DNA of 64,000 nt from contig CACKIH010000005.1 of NCBI GenBank assembly GCA_902600225.1, positions 5,327 through 69,326 on the forward strand, in the 5' to 3' direction. A program made the position numbers and the translations under genes. Source of the stretch: an uncultured Alphaproteobacteria bacterium (lineage in GTDB: Bacteria; Pseudomonadota; Alphaproteobacteria; HIMB59; GCA-002718135). The notes beneath the pieces were generated by a model. The model did not search any database. It had not been told where the DNA came from and saw only the letters and a list, made by a program, of their open reading frames with translations. Below are positions 46,465 through 56,180 of the stretch, in pieces (within the stretch, counting starts at the first letter, position 1; the number at the start of each line of letters is the position of its first letter).

Positions 46465-46757
46465 GTTTCGTATTTAACTATAAAACCTGAGTACTTAACA
46501 TTACTAATGATACTATTTGGAATAACTCCTTCAACTAGAGCTAGTGATGGACCATCTTTAGCTTTTTCAGTAATAGATAGTATACTTTGCATATCTCCTT
46601 GAATTATGGCCTCTACTTCATCTTTACTTTCTTTATTTTGAATATAACCATTTAATCCCAAAGATATTGCTAAATCACTAAACCAATGTCTAAAGCCCAC
46701 TCCCTGAACTTTTCCTTTAATTATAAGTCGATAAGTTTTTATTTCATTTGTATTCAT
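46461..46757 (-). CDS. acyP: acylphosphatase
   Basis: The track ORF (146 aa) has an implausible N-extension. From Met49 the protein is 98 aa, with IKGKVQGVGFRHW. Confidence 0.8.
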   Translation of the reverse strand: MNTNEIKTYRLIIKGKVQGVGFRHWFSDLAISLGLNGYIQNKESKDEVEAIIQGDMQSILSITEKAKDGPSLALVEGVIPNSIISNVKYSGFIVKYET

Positions 46758-46810
46758 TGAAGTATCAATATAAGTACTTTTTTTTATCATACAATCCTTC
46801 AATTCATTAT

Positions 46811-47689
46811 ATGAAAAAAAGTATAATTTATTCTTCAATTTTTTTATTTTTTGCCGGAATTTTTTTTGTGACAAATGATGCAATAATAAACTACCTAGCA
46901 CAAACAGATGTAAAATTTTATCATTTCATCTTTTATGGAATACCCATATTTTTATGCTTCCCTTTATATTTATTAATTAACGGAACTTTAAAAAAAAATA
47001 TAAAATGTACTAATTATCTTCCACCTATTTTCAGAGGTTTTTTAAATATTCCTTTGCCTTTTATTGCATTTATAACTCTCGAACAAATTAAACTTCCAGA
47101 ATTCACAACACTGAATATGACTGCGCCATTAATGGGAACAATATTTGCTATTTTTTTACTAAATGAAAAATTAAATATTTTGACTTATCTTTCTTTATTT
47201 ATTGGTTTCTTAGGAGTTTTGTTTGTTATTCAGCCAGGTTTTGAAAGTTTTAATATCTATTATTTAATTGTCCTTATTGGAGTTTTTTTAATTACCGTAA
47301 CAACTTTTATAGTAAATAAATATAGTCATGTAACAACAAATATTGGTTATTTTTTGTATGGTGGTTTTTTTGTTCATTTAATTTCAATACCTTTATTTTT
47401 AATGAATCCATTAAAAGTGACTTTTTTTGATTTTTTTTTAATTTTAACTGCTGCATTATTTATTAACTCAGCTATGTTTTTTGCAACAACTGCATTTAAA
47501 ATTGCACAAAAACATTATGCATCAGTATTTAGCTTAGTTTACTTGCAGGTATTGTGGTCATCATTAGTTGGAATATTTATATTTAATGAATATATGAATT
47601 TATATGCTTATATTGGAGCAATATTTATTGTTTTAAGTGGAATAGTTTCATTACCTTCACAAATTAAACAATTAAAAGAAGCTGAATAA
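46811..47689 (+). CDS. EamA/DMT-family transporter
   Basis: ATG 46811 (MKKSIIYSS...). About 292 aa with 10 TM segments. Confidence 0.75.
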   Translation: MKKSIIYSSIFLFFAGIFFVTNDAIINYLAQTDVKFYHFIFYGIPIFLCFPLYLLINGTLKKNIKCTNYLPPIFRGFLNIPLPFIAFITLEQIKLPEFTTLNMTAPLMGTIFAIFLLNEKLNILTYLSLFIGFLGVLFVIQPGFESFNIYYLIVLIGVFLITVTTFIVNKYSHVTTNIGYFLYGGFFVHLISIPLFLMNPLKVTFFDFFLILTAALFINSAMFFATTAFKIAQKHYASVFSLVYLQVLWSSLVGIFIFNEYMNLYAYIGAIFIVLSGIVSLPSQIKQLKEAE

Positions 47690-48411
47690 TGATCAAAATT
47701 TTATTATTTTTATTTATTTGTATTTTTAGTTACAAATCTTTTTCTACTGAAGTTCAAATCGTAAACGAAATTATAGGAAATGGTTTAGAGGTAAAAAATC
47801 ACTCAAAAGTATCTGTTCATTACATTGGTAAATTAGAAGATAATACTGTTTTTGATAGTTCCTATGATAGAGGACAATTGTTTGATTTTCAAATAGGTGT
47901 AAGACAAGTAATCTTAGGTTGGGAAACTGGTTTACTTGGAATGAAAGAAGGAGGCAAAAGAACAATTTTTATTCCGTATGAGTTAGCATATGGAGAAAGT
48001 GGCGCAGGCAATTTGATTCCACCAAAATCAAATCTTATTTTTGAAATTGAAGTCATAAAAGTAATTCCTCCAGGATATAAAGAAATAGATGGTTATCAAC
48101 TTAAATTAGCAATGACTGGCGATTTTAAAATTATAGATATTAGAACTAATGATGAAATCATTAATTCAAATAAAATACCTGGTGCTATTCAAATAACTGC
48201 ATTTGACAAAAATGGAAATTTTTTCCCAAATTTTTTTGATAAGTATAAAGAGAATGTAGAAATTGGAGAAAAAGTTATCTTTGTAAGCCAGAACGGAGAT
48301 ATATCATCAATTTTAGCTAATGGATTTGTTGAGCAACTAAAGCAGAATAATATATATCATTTAAAAGATGGTATTTCTGGTCTTAAAAATATAAATTTTG
48401 ATTTTGAATAA
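47689..48411 (+). CDS. exported FKBP-type peptidyl-prolyl isomerase fused to a Cys-less rhodanese-like domain
   Basis: Signal peptide, then an FKBP core (VHYIGKL...FDSSYDRG...GWETGLLGMKEGGKR...LIFEIEVIKV). The C-terminal rhodanese-like fold has VIFVSQNGDIS where an active rhodanese has C-x-x-G-x-R. Confidence 0.8.
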   Translation: MIKILLFLFICIFSYKSFSTEVQIVNEIIGNGLEVKNHSKVSVHYIGKLEDNTVFDSSYDRGQLFDFQIGVRQVILGWETGLLGMKEGGKRTIFIPYELAYGESGAGNLIPPKSNLIFEIEVIKVIPPGYKEIDGYQLKLAMTGDFKIIDIRTNDEIINSNKIPGAIQITAFDKNGNFFPNFFDKYKENVEIGEKVIFVSQNGDISSILANGFVEQLKQNNIYHLKDGISGLKNINFDFE

Positions 48412-48412
48412 A

Positions 48413-49216
48413 TTAAAAATCTATTTTCTTATTTTTTTCAGCTGCATAATTAACTACAAATTGCCATGCTGACCTACCTGTTCTATTACCTCTTTGCAAA
48501 CTCCATTTAATTGCTTCTTTTTCTGTATCTTTATTAAATGGCATATTAAACTTCTCACAATATTTACTAATGATATTAATAAAATCATTTTGAGAAATAT
48601 TATGAAAACCAATCCATAAACCAAATCGATCACTTAGACTTATTTTTTCTTCAACACTTTCATCTGTATGTATTGCAGAAGATCTTTCATTTTCTATCAT
48701 ATCCCTAGGCATTAAATGTCTTCTATTAGAGGTAACATATAAAATAATATTCTTAGGTTGATTTTGTATACTTCCATCTAAAGTAGATTTAATTATTTTG
48801 TAATCACTATCTATTTTTTCAAATGATAAATCATCAATAAAAATTATAAAATTAAAATTTTTAAAATTTGCATATTTTTCATAAATTATTTCAATATCAA
48901 AAATATTATTCTTATTTAATTGTATTAATTTTAAATTTTTATTTTTTTTGTTTACTTCATTAAAAACAGATTTAATCAGAGAACTTTTACCATTACCTCT
49001 AGATCCCCATAGTAAAGCATTGTTTGTAAAATTACCTTCTGAAAAATTTACCGTATTATTTAATATAGTTTTTTTCTGTCTTTCTACTCCAACCAGAAGA
49101 TCTAAATCCAAACATCTAAAATTCGATATTATTTTGAGATTTTTTATTTTACTATCCCAAATAAATGCACTTCCTCTTGAGACAGTAAGATTTGATAAAA
49201 AATTGCTTAAAAACAT
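48413..49216 (-). CDS. AAA-type ATPase, DUF815 family
   Basis: 267 aa with Walker A GSRGNGKSS and Walker B IFIDDL. Confidence 0.7.
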   Translation of the reverse strand: MFLSNFLSNLTVSRGSAFIWDSKIKNLKIISNFRCLDLDLLVGVERQKKTILNNTVNFSEGNFTNNALLWGSRGNGKSSLIKSVFNEVNKKNKNLKLIQLNKNNIFDIEIIYEKYANFKNFNFIIFIDDLSFEKIDSDYKIIKSTLDGSIQNQPKNIILYVTSNRRHLMPRDMIENERSSAIHTDESVEEKISLSDRFGLWIGFHNISQNDFINIISKYCEKFNMPFNKDTEKEAIKWSLQRGNRTGRSAWQFVVNYAAEKNKKIDF

Positions 49217-49291
49217 AATAAATACTTTATTTGATTTTTCTTATTACACAGTATAATAAATCACTCAAATTAAATCATCATAGGTACTATT

Positions 49292-49633
49292 ATGGAAGCT
49301 TTTGGAACATTTTTACCACTTATTTTAATATTTGTAGTTTTTTATTTTTTACTAATTAGACCGCAACAAAGAAAAGTTAAACAGCATAAAGAAATGCTTT
49401 CTAATTTAAAAAGAGGGGATAAAATAGTAACCTCTGGTGGAATTATTGGAACTATAAATAAGGTTGCAGATAACAGAGAATTAACTTTAGAAGTTGCAGA
49501 TAATGTTGAAATTAAAATTGCATCAGGAATGGTTGCAGATTTATATACAATTCCAGAAGTTCAAAAAAAGGAACCAACAAAAGAAGATAATAAAAGTAAA
49601 TCTGGCTTCTCTTTATTTTCTAGAAAAAAATAA
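49292..49633 (+). CDS. yajC: preprotein translocase subunit YajC
   Basis: 113 aa with a single TM segment and LIRPQQRK...GDKIVTSGGI. Precedes secD. Confidence 0.85.
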   Translation: MEAFGTFLPLILIFVVFYFLLIRPQQRKVKQHKEMLSNLKRGDKIVTSGGIIGTINKVADNRELTLEVADNVEIKIASGMVADLYTIPEVQKKEPTKEDNKSKSGFSLFSRKK

Positions 49634-49644
49634 TTTTTTTATTA

Positions 49645-51195
49645 ATGAAAAATTATCCTATCTGGAAATCATTTACCGTAATATCGTTAGTTCTATTAGG
49701 AATAATTTTTGCAATTCCTTCAATTATTTATGATGAAAATTCAGAAAATTGGTTTTTAAAAAATAAGATTAATTTAGGTTTAGACTTACAAGGTGGATCA
49801 TATTTATTATTAGAGGTTCAGCTAGATGTTTTATATAAAGAAGAATTAGATAATTTTGTAGATAGCGCTCGATTGATTTCAAGAGATCAAGCTGCAAAAA
49901 TTGAAAAAATTGATATTCAAGAAAATTCAGTTGTTATTTTTTTTGCTAATAATGAAAAGATAAAAGATATTAGAGATAGTTTTTTTCAAATGTACAGAGG
50001 AGTTACTTTACAAATTAATAACAATATACTCATTATAAAGTTAAATGATGAATATAGAAAAATTATTCAGGACTCAGCAATTAAGCAATCACTTGAAATT
50101 GTTAGAAAAAGAATTGATGAATCTGGAACAAAAGAACCTTTAATTCAAAGATCTGGTAAAAAGAGAATACTTTTACAATTACCAGGAGTAAAAGACCCAG
50201 AAAGAATTAAAGATTTATTAGGTAAAACAGCCAAACTTACTTTTCATATTGTTGATAATGATAATGTTTCTGCTCTTCAAAATAACCTAGCTCCTTTTGG
50301 AAAAATTATTGTTCAAGACATGTATGATGAAAATACAAAATACTTATTAGACAAAAGAGCAGTTGTTGGTGGAGAAAATTTAGTAGATGCAAAAGGTTCT
50401 TTTGATCAAACAGAAGGTCATGCAGTATCATTCCGTTTTGATACAGAAGGTGCACAAAAATTTGGTAAAGTCACAACAAACAATATTGGGAAAAATCTTG
50501 CAGTTGTATTAGATGGTGTAGTGATCACAGCCCCTAGAATTAGTAGTGCTATTACAGGAGGCTCAGGCATTATAACTGGTAATTTTAATGCTCAAGAAGC
50601 ATCTGATTTAGCAGTTTTATTAAGAGCTGGTGCTTTACCTGCACCTTTAGAAATAGTTGAAGAAAGATCAGTAGGTGCTGGGTTAGGAGCAGACTCTATA
50701 GCTGCAGGTCAAATAGCTGCTATCATTGGTATGGTCTTAGTGTGTGTATTTATGATACTCATTTATGGAACATTTGGCGCTCTTGCTAACGTTTCGTTAA
50801 TAGTAAATTTATTTATAATTATTTCATTATTAGGAACAATTGGAGCAACATTGACATTGCCTGGTATAGCCGGAATAGTATTAACAATTGGAATGGCAGT
50901 AGATGCAAATGTTCTAATATTTGAAAGAATTAAAGAAGAAAGTCTAAAACAAACAAAAGTTTTTCAGATTGTAAAAAATGGCTTCGACAGAGCCATGTCA
51001 ACTATACTTGATGCCAATATTACAACTCTTATTGCTGCCGTGTTACTATTTGCATTTGGCTCTGGTCCAATAAGAGGTTTTTCAATTACACTATCTTTAG
51101 GTGTGATAGCATCAATGTTCACAGCTTTAATGCTTACAAATTTTTTAGTATATATGTACTTATCATTTGCAAATAAAAAAGAATTAAAACTATAA
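49645..51195 (+). CDS. secD: protein translocase subunit SecD
   Basis: 516 aa with the periplasmic domain and C-terminal 6-TM SecD/F core. Confidence 0.95.
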   Translation: MKNYPIWKSFTVISLVLLGIIFAIPSIIYDENSENWFLKNKINLGLDLQGGSYLLLEVQLDVLYKEELDNFVDSARLISRDQAAKIEKIDIQENSVVIFFANNEKIKDIRDSFFQMYRGVTLQINNNILIIKLNDEYRKIIQDSAIKQSLEIVRKRIDESGTKEPLIQRSGKKRILLQLPGVKDPERIKDLLGKTAKLTFHIVDNDNVSALQNNLAPFGKIIVQDMYDENTKYLLDKRAVVGGENLVDAKGSFDQTEGHAVSFRFDTEGAQKFGKVTTNNIGKNLAVVLDGVVITAPRISSAITGGSGIITGNFNAQEASDLAVLLRAGALPAPLEIVEERSVGAGLGADSIAAGQIAAIIGMVLVCVFMILIYGTFGALANVSLIVNLFIIISLLGTIGATLTLPGIAGIVLTIGMAVDANVLIFERIKEESLKQTKVFQIVKNGFDRAMSTILDANITTLIAAVLLFAFGSGPIRGFSITLSLGVIASMFTALMLTNFLVYMYLSFANKKELKL

Positions 51196-52094
51196 TGTTT
51201 GGATTAAATAAAATTATTCCTGTTGAGCCTAATATTAATTTTTTAGGTTTAAGAAGAAATTTTTTAATTTTTTCTATTTTAGCAATGCTAATTTCAATTG
51301 TTTTATTAAGTATAAAAGGTTTAAATCTAGGTATTGATTTTAAAGGAGGTACTTTAATAGAGGTTAGTACAAAAAATACTTCAATTGGAGAATTAAGAGC
51401 AATTTTATCTTCTTCTTATAGTGATGTATCTTTACAAGAATTTGGTAATGAAAATATTATTTTGATTAGGCTTCAAAATAAAAGTAATCAAGAAAGTATT
51501 GAAACTGTTAATTCTGTTAAAAATTTAATTCAAGATAAAGTTGTTGAATTTAGGAGATCTGAATTCGTAGGGCCCACAATTAGTTCTGAGCTATTGTTTC
51601 GAGGTTTTCAAGCAGTCTCTTTTGCATTAATTGCTATTTTAATTTACATTTGGTTGCGTTTTGAATGGCAATTTGGTTTTGGTGCAGTTGTAGCATTAAC
51701 TCATGATGTATTATTTACTCTTGGATTGCTCTCTATTTTAAATGTAGAATTTTCTCTAGCAACAATAGCTGCAATTCTAACAATTGCTGGTTATTCCATT
51801 AATGATACTGTTGTAATATTTGATAGAGTACGTGAAAATTTGAGAAAATATAAAAAGTTAGAGTTAGTAGATCTATTTAATTTATCAGTTAATAATACTT
51901 TATCCAGAACTATAATGACAAGTTTAACTACACTTCTTGCTCTAGTATCTTTATTTATTTTTGGAGGAGAGGTTATTAGACCCTTCGCACTAACAATGAT
52001 TATAGGTGTAATAATTGGAACATATTCATCAGTTTTTATTGCGGTCCCAACTTTATTAATCTTTAAGTTTAGACCGCAAGATGAAGATGATTAA
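51195..52094 (+). CDS. secF: protein translocase subunit SecF
   Basis: 299 aa with GIDFKGGT and the SecF core. Overlaps the secD stop. Confidence 0.95.
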   Translation: MFGLNKIIPVEPNINFLGLRRNFLIFSILAMLISIVLLSIKGLNLGIDFKGGTLIEVSTKNTSIGELRAILSSSYSDVSLQEFGNENIILIRLQNKSNQESIETVNSVKNLIQDKVVEFRRSEFVGPTISSELLFRGFQAVSFALIAILIYIWLRFEWQFGFGAVVALTHDVLFTLGLLSILNVEFSLATIAAILTIAGYSINDTVVIFDRVRENLRKYKKLELVDLFNLSVNNTLSRTIMTSLTTLLALVSLFIFGGEVIRPFALTMIIGVIIGTYSSVFIAVPTLLIFKFRPQDEDD

Positions 52095-52687
52095 GCGTTA
52101 ATCAAGTTTTCTGTAACTTTTTCCCAATTAACTAAATTATCAATAAAAGCTTTTAAATAATCAGGTCTTCTGTTTCTATAATCGACATAATATGAGTGTT
52201 CCCATACATCACATCCAAGTAGAGGAGTGTGACCATGAACAATTGGGTTTTCTCCATTTGGTGTTTTAGTAATTTCTAATTTTCCATTATTTAGAACTAA
52301 CCAACACCAACCTGATCCAAATTGACCAATACCTGCATTTATAAAATCTTCTTTCATCTTTTCAACTGAACCTATGTCTGAATTTATTTTATTTTCAAGC
52401 TCAGAGGGAATTTTACCATTTGGATTATTTTTCATTACTTCCCAAAAATGAACATGATTTATATGTTGTGCCACATTGTTGAATACTGGAGCATTTTTAT
52501 TATAAGAGTTGATTACAATATCATTAACATTGTCATCTTCTATATTTTGTTCTTTAATAAACTTATTTCCATTAGTAATGTAAGCCATGTGATGCTTATC
52601 ATGATGCAACTCTAAAGTTTCAGCCGACATATACGGCATTAGAGCATCTTTACTATAGGGTAGATCTGGTAACTCTAGATTTATCAT
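52091..52687 (-). CDS. sodB: superoxide dismutase, Fe type
   Basis: 198 aa with LPDLPY, HHDKHH and DVWEHSYYVDYRNRRPDY (DYRN as in Fe-SODs). Confidence 0.85.
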   Translation of the reverse strand: MINLELPDLPYSKDALMPYMSAETLELHHDKHHMAYITNGNKFIKEQNIEDDNVNDIVINSYNKNAPVFNNVAQHINHVHFWEVMKNNPNGKIPSELENKINSDIGSVEKMKEDFINAGIGQFGSGWCWLVLNNGKLEITKTPNGENPIVHGHTPLLGCDVWEHSYYVDYRNRRPDYLKAFIDNLVNWEKVTENLINA

Positions 52688-52702
52688 TTTATTTCCTTTG
52701 AT

Positions 52703-55507
52703 TTATAAAATTTTCTTTAAAAATTCACCTGTATAGCTTTTTTTATTATTTGCAATATCTTCAGGTGTTCCTGTTCCAACAATTTGACCACCATTAACAC
52801 CTCCCAGTGGACCAAGATCAATTATATGATCAGCTGTTTTAATAACATCAAGATTGTGCTCAATAACGATTACAGTGTTTCCTTCATCAACAAGCGTATG
52901 AAGAATTTTAAGTAATTTTTTAACATCATCAAAATGAAGACCAGTTGTTGGCTCATCAAGAATATATAATGTTTTTCCTGTAGATCTTTTTGATAACTCT
53001 TTTGATAATTTTATTCTTTGAGCCTCGCCACCAGATAAAGTAGTAGCTGATTGACCTATTTTTATATAATCTAATCCAACATCCATAAGTGTTTGTAATT
53101 TTTGCTTTATTGCGGGAATTTTATCGAAAAATTTATAACCCTCCTCAACAGTCATTTCTAAAACATCTGAAATGGATTTATCTTTATATTTTACTTCTAA
53201 AGTTTCTCTATTATACCTTTTTCCTTTGCAAATATCACATTCAACATAAACATCAGCTAAAAAATGCATCTCTATTTTTTTTACTCCATCGCCTTCGCAT
53301 GATTCACATCTTCCACCCTTAACGTTAAATGAAAAACGACCTGGTTTATAACCTCTAGCACTTGATTCATTTAAGTTTGCAAACCAATCTCTAATAGGAG
53401 TAAAACATCCTGTATATGTTGCTGGGTTTGATCTTGGTGTTCTTCCAATTGGAGATTGATCAATATCAATTACTTTATCGATATGATTGATACCTTTAAA
53501 GTTAAAACGACTTTCATCTTTATTTAAAGATTTATTGAAATAGTCATCTAACCTTTGATACAATGTATCAATAATTAATGAAGATTTACCACTTCCAGAT
53601 ACACCTGTCACAGTAATAAAATTCCCTAAAGGTAAAGTGATATTAAGATTATCTAAGTTGTTTGTTTTTATTTTGTTAAGTTTAAAAACTTTATTTTTAT
53701 TAAATTTTCTTCTATTTTTTGGAACTTCTATTTCTAAGGATTTATTCAAATATTTTGCTGTCAAACTTTTATTGTTTTTTAGTATTTTTTTAAGTCCACC
53801 CTCAGCAATTATATGACCTCCATTAACGCCAGCCTTAACACCTATATCAATTATATGATCAGATTGTCTAATTGCATCCTCATCATGCTCAACAACAATT
53901 ACTGTATTACCTAAATCTCTTAATCTAAATAAAGTTTCAATCAGTTGTTGATTATCTTTTTGATGTAACCCAATAGAGGGTTCGTCTAAAACATACAAAA
54001 CACCTGTTAACCCAGAACCAATTTGACTTGCCAATCTAATTCTTTGACTTTCACCTCCAGATAAAGTTTTACTAGCCCTTGCCAATGATAAATAATCTAG
54101 GCCAACTCTATTTAAAAAAACTAATCGATCTTTAATTTCTTTAATTACTCCTTCAGCAATTTTTTTATTATTTTTGTCTAGTTTATTTTCCAGAGATGAA
54201 AACCAACTTAAACACTCACTAATTGATTTTTTAGTAATATTACCAATATGATTTTCATCAATTCTTACGGCTAAAGCTTTTTCGTTAAGACGGTAACCAT
54301 TGCAAACTTCACAGTCTCTTTCAGATAAATATTTTTCTAATTCATACTGAAGCCACCATCTCTCAGTTTCTTCATATTTTCGATCAATAAAGTTAATTAT
54401 TCCTTCAAAATCATATAAAAAATTTAGTTCACTATTCTCATCTCCATAAAGAATTATATTTTTAACTTTTTTTGGAATTTCACTCCATGGAGCATTTTTC
54501 TTTACCTTAAATTGTTTTAAAATTTTATCTATTGTTTCAACAAAATATTTTTTTTGGTAACCAAATACTTTCGTTTCCCATGGTTTAATAGCTCCATCAG
54601 AAATAGATCTAGTTTCATCGGGTACAATCTTGTATTCATCAAAAAATTTTTCAACTCCTAATCCATCGCATTCAGAGCAAGCACCCTGTGGAGCATTAAA
54701 ACTAAATAATCTAGGTTCAATTTCTTCAATACTAAATCCAGATACAGGACATGCAAATTTTGATGAGAATATGGATATTTTATTTGTATCTAGATTTTCT
54801 AAATATAATAAACCATCCGATAATGTTAACGCAACTTCTATACTTTCACTCAATCTCTGTTGGATATTTTTTTTTACAACAAGTCTATCAATAACAACAT
54901 CGATATTATGTTTAAAATTTTTTTTAAGTGAAGGCACTTCATCTATATCATAAACTACATTATCTACTTTAAGTCGTTGGTAACCCCTTTTTTTTAAATC
55001 TTCGATTTCTTTTCGATATTCACCTTTTCTGTCTCTAACTATTGGAGATAAAATATAAATTCTCTTATCAATATTATTTTTAATTATAAGATCAGTCATT
55101 TCACTTACTGATTGTGATTTAATTGGCTTGCCTGTTGTGGGAGAGTAGGGAACTCCGACTCTAGCATAAAGAACTCTTAAGTAATCATAAATTTCAGTAA
55201 CGGTTCCAACTGTACTACGAGGATTTTTTTGTGTTGTTTTTTGTTCAATAGAAATAGCAGGTGATAAACCGTCAATACTATCTACATCAGGCTTATTCAT
55301 CATTTGGAGAAATTGTCTTGCATAAGCTGAAAGACTTTCAACATATTTTCTTTGTCCCTCAGAATAAATTGTATCAAATGCTAATGTCGATTTTCCTGAG
55401 CCACTTACACCAGTTATTACTACGAGTTTATTCTTTGGTATTTCTAAGTTTATATTTTTAAGATTGTGCTCTCTTGCACCTTTTATAACAATTTTATCTA
55501 AATTCAT
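52703..55507 (-). CDS. uvrA: excinuclease ABC subunit A
   Basis: 934 aa with two ABC modules (GVSGSGKS twice, LSGGE twice) and Zn-finger cysteines. Confidence 0.97.
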   Translation of the reverse strand: MNLDKIVIKGAREHNLKNINLEIPKNKLVVITGVSGSGKSTLAFDTIYSEGQRKYVESLSAYARQFLQMMNKPDVDSIDGLSPAISIEQKTTQKNPRSTVGTVTEIYDYLRVLYARVGVPYSPTTGKPIKSQSVSEMTDLIIKNNIDKRIYILSPIVRDRKGEYRKEIEDLKKRGYQRLKVDNVVYDIDEVPSLKKNFKHNIDVVIDRLVVKKNIQQRLSESIEVALTLSDGLLYLENLDTNKISIFSSKFACPVSGFSIEEIEPRLFSFNAPQGACSECDGLGVEKFFDEYKIVPDETRSISDGAIKPWETKVFGYQKKYFVETIDKILKQFKVKKNAPWSEIPKKVKNIILYGDENSELNFLYDFEGIINFIDRKYEETERWWLQYELEKYLSERDCEVCNGYRLNEKALAVRIDENHIGNITKKSISECLSWFSSLENKLDKNNKKIAEGVIKEIKDRLVFLNRVGLDYLSLARASKTLSGGESQRIRLASQIGSGLTGVLYVLDEPSIGLHQKDNQQLIETLFRLRDLGNTVIVVEHDEDAIRQSDHIIDIGVKAGVNGGHIIAEGGLKKILKNNKSLTAKYLNKSLEIEVPKNRRKFNKNKVFKLNKIKTNNLDNLNITLPLGNFITVTGVSGSGKSSLIIDTLYQRLDDYFNKSLNKDESRFNFKGINHIDKVIDIDQSPIGRTPRSNPATYTGCFTPIRDWFANLNESSARGYKPGRFSFNVKGGRCESCEGDGVKKIEMHFLADVYVECDICKGKRYNRETLEVKYKDKSISDVLEMTVEEGYKFFDKIPAIKQKLQTLMDVGLDYIKIGQSATTLSGGEAQRIKLSKELSKRSTGKTLYILDEPTTGLHFDDVKKLLKILHTLVDEGNTVIVIEHNLDVIKTADHIIDLGPLGGVNGGQIVGTGTPEDIANNKKSYTGEFLKKIL

Positions 55508-55564
55508 GAATATTAGTGTTATCTAATAACGTTAATATGTTATATGGATATATATAGAATTCTT

Positions 55565-56038
55565 ATGGTTGGTAGTGTTAATAAAACAATTTTATTAGGA
55601 AACTTGGGAAGAGATCCTGAAATTAGATCTATGCAATCTGGAGCAAAAATGGCATCATTTTCAATTGCAACATCAAAAAGATGGAAAGATAGAAATACTC
55701 AAGAACAAAAAGAAAAAACATCTTGGCATAACATTGTTGTTTTTGGAGATGGTCTTGTTGATATAGTAGAAAAATATGTAAAAAAAGGATCTAAAATTTA
55801 TGTCGAAGGGGAACTTCAAACAAGGAAATGGCAAGATAAAGATGGAAATGATAGATACACTACAGAGGTCATTTTACAGGGATATAATTGTAATTTAACT
55901 CTCTTAGACAGTAGAAATAGTAATTCTCAGATATCAGATAATTCTCAAGAAATGGATCAATCTAAGCCAATTGAAGACAATTCTTTCGGAAATCAATCAG
56001 GCGATTCTGATGATTTAGATGAAGATATACCTTTTTAA
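55565..56038 (+). CDS. ssb: single-stranded DNA-binding protein
   Basis: ATG 55565 gives MVGSVNKTILLGNLGRDPE. OB fold with an acidic C-terminal tip DDLDEDIPF. Divergent from uvrA. Confidence 0.9.
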   Translation: MVGSVNKTILLGNLGRDPEIRSMQSGAKMASFSIATSKRWKDRNTQEQKEKTSWHNIVVFGDGLVDIVEKYVKKGSKIYVEGELQTRKWQDKDGNDRYTTEVILQGYNCNLTLLDSRNSNSQISDNSQEMDQSKPIEDNSFGNQSGDSDDLDEDIPF

Positions 56039-56180
56039 ACTTATTTATTAGATATTATTATTTAATTACTGAAAAATATAGTTTTTTTTATATAATTTAA
56101 TCATTTATTTATATTGGTTTAAATAGTGCTTTTTGATATAAAAAATTCTTAATTTTTCTTAGAAAACTTGGATTTTTTTA

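Noticed and set aside
55508-55564. SOS (LexA) box in the divergent uvrA-ssb spacer
   Set aside because: No GTTC-N7-GTTC/GAAC-N7-GAAC alphaproteobacterial box and no CTGT-N8-ACAG box is present. There is only a short GTTAT-N3-ATAAC inverted repeat, which is not distinguishable from chance.
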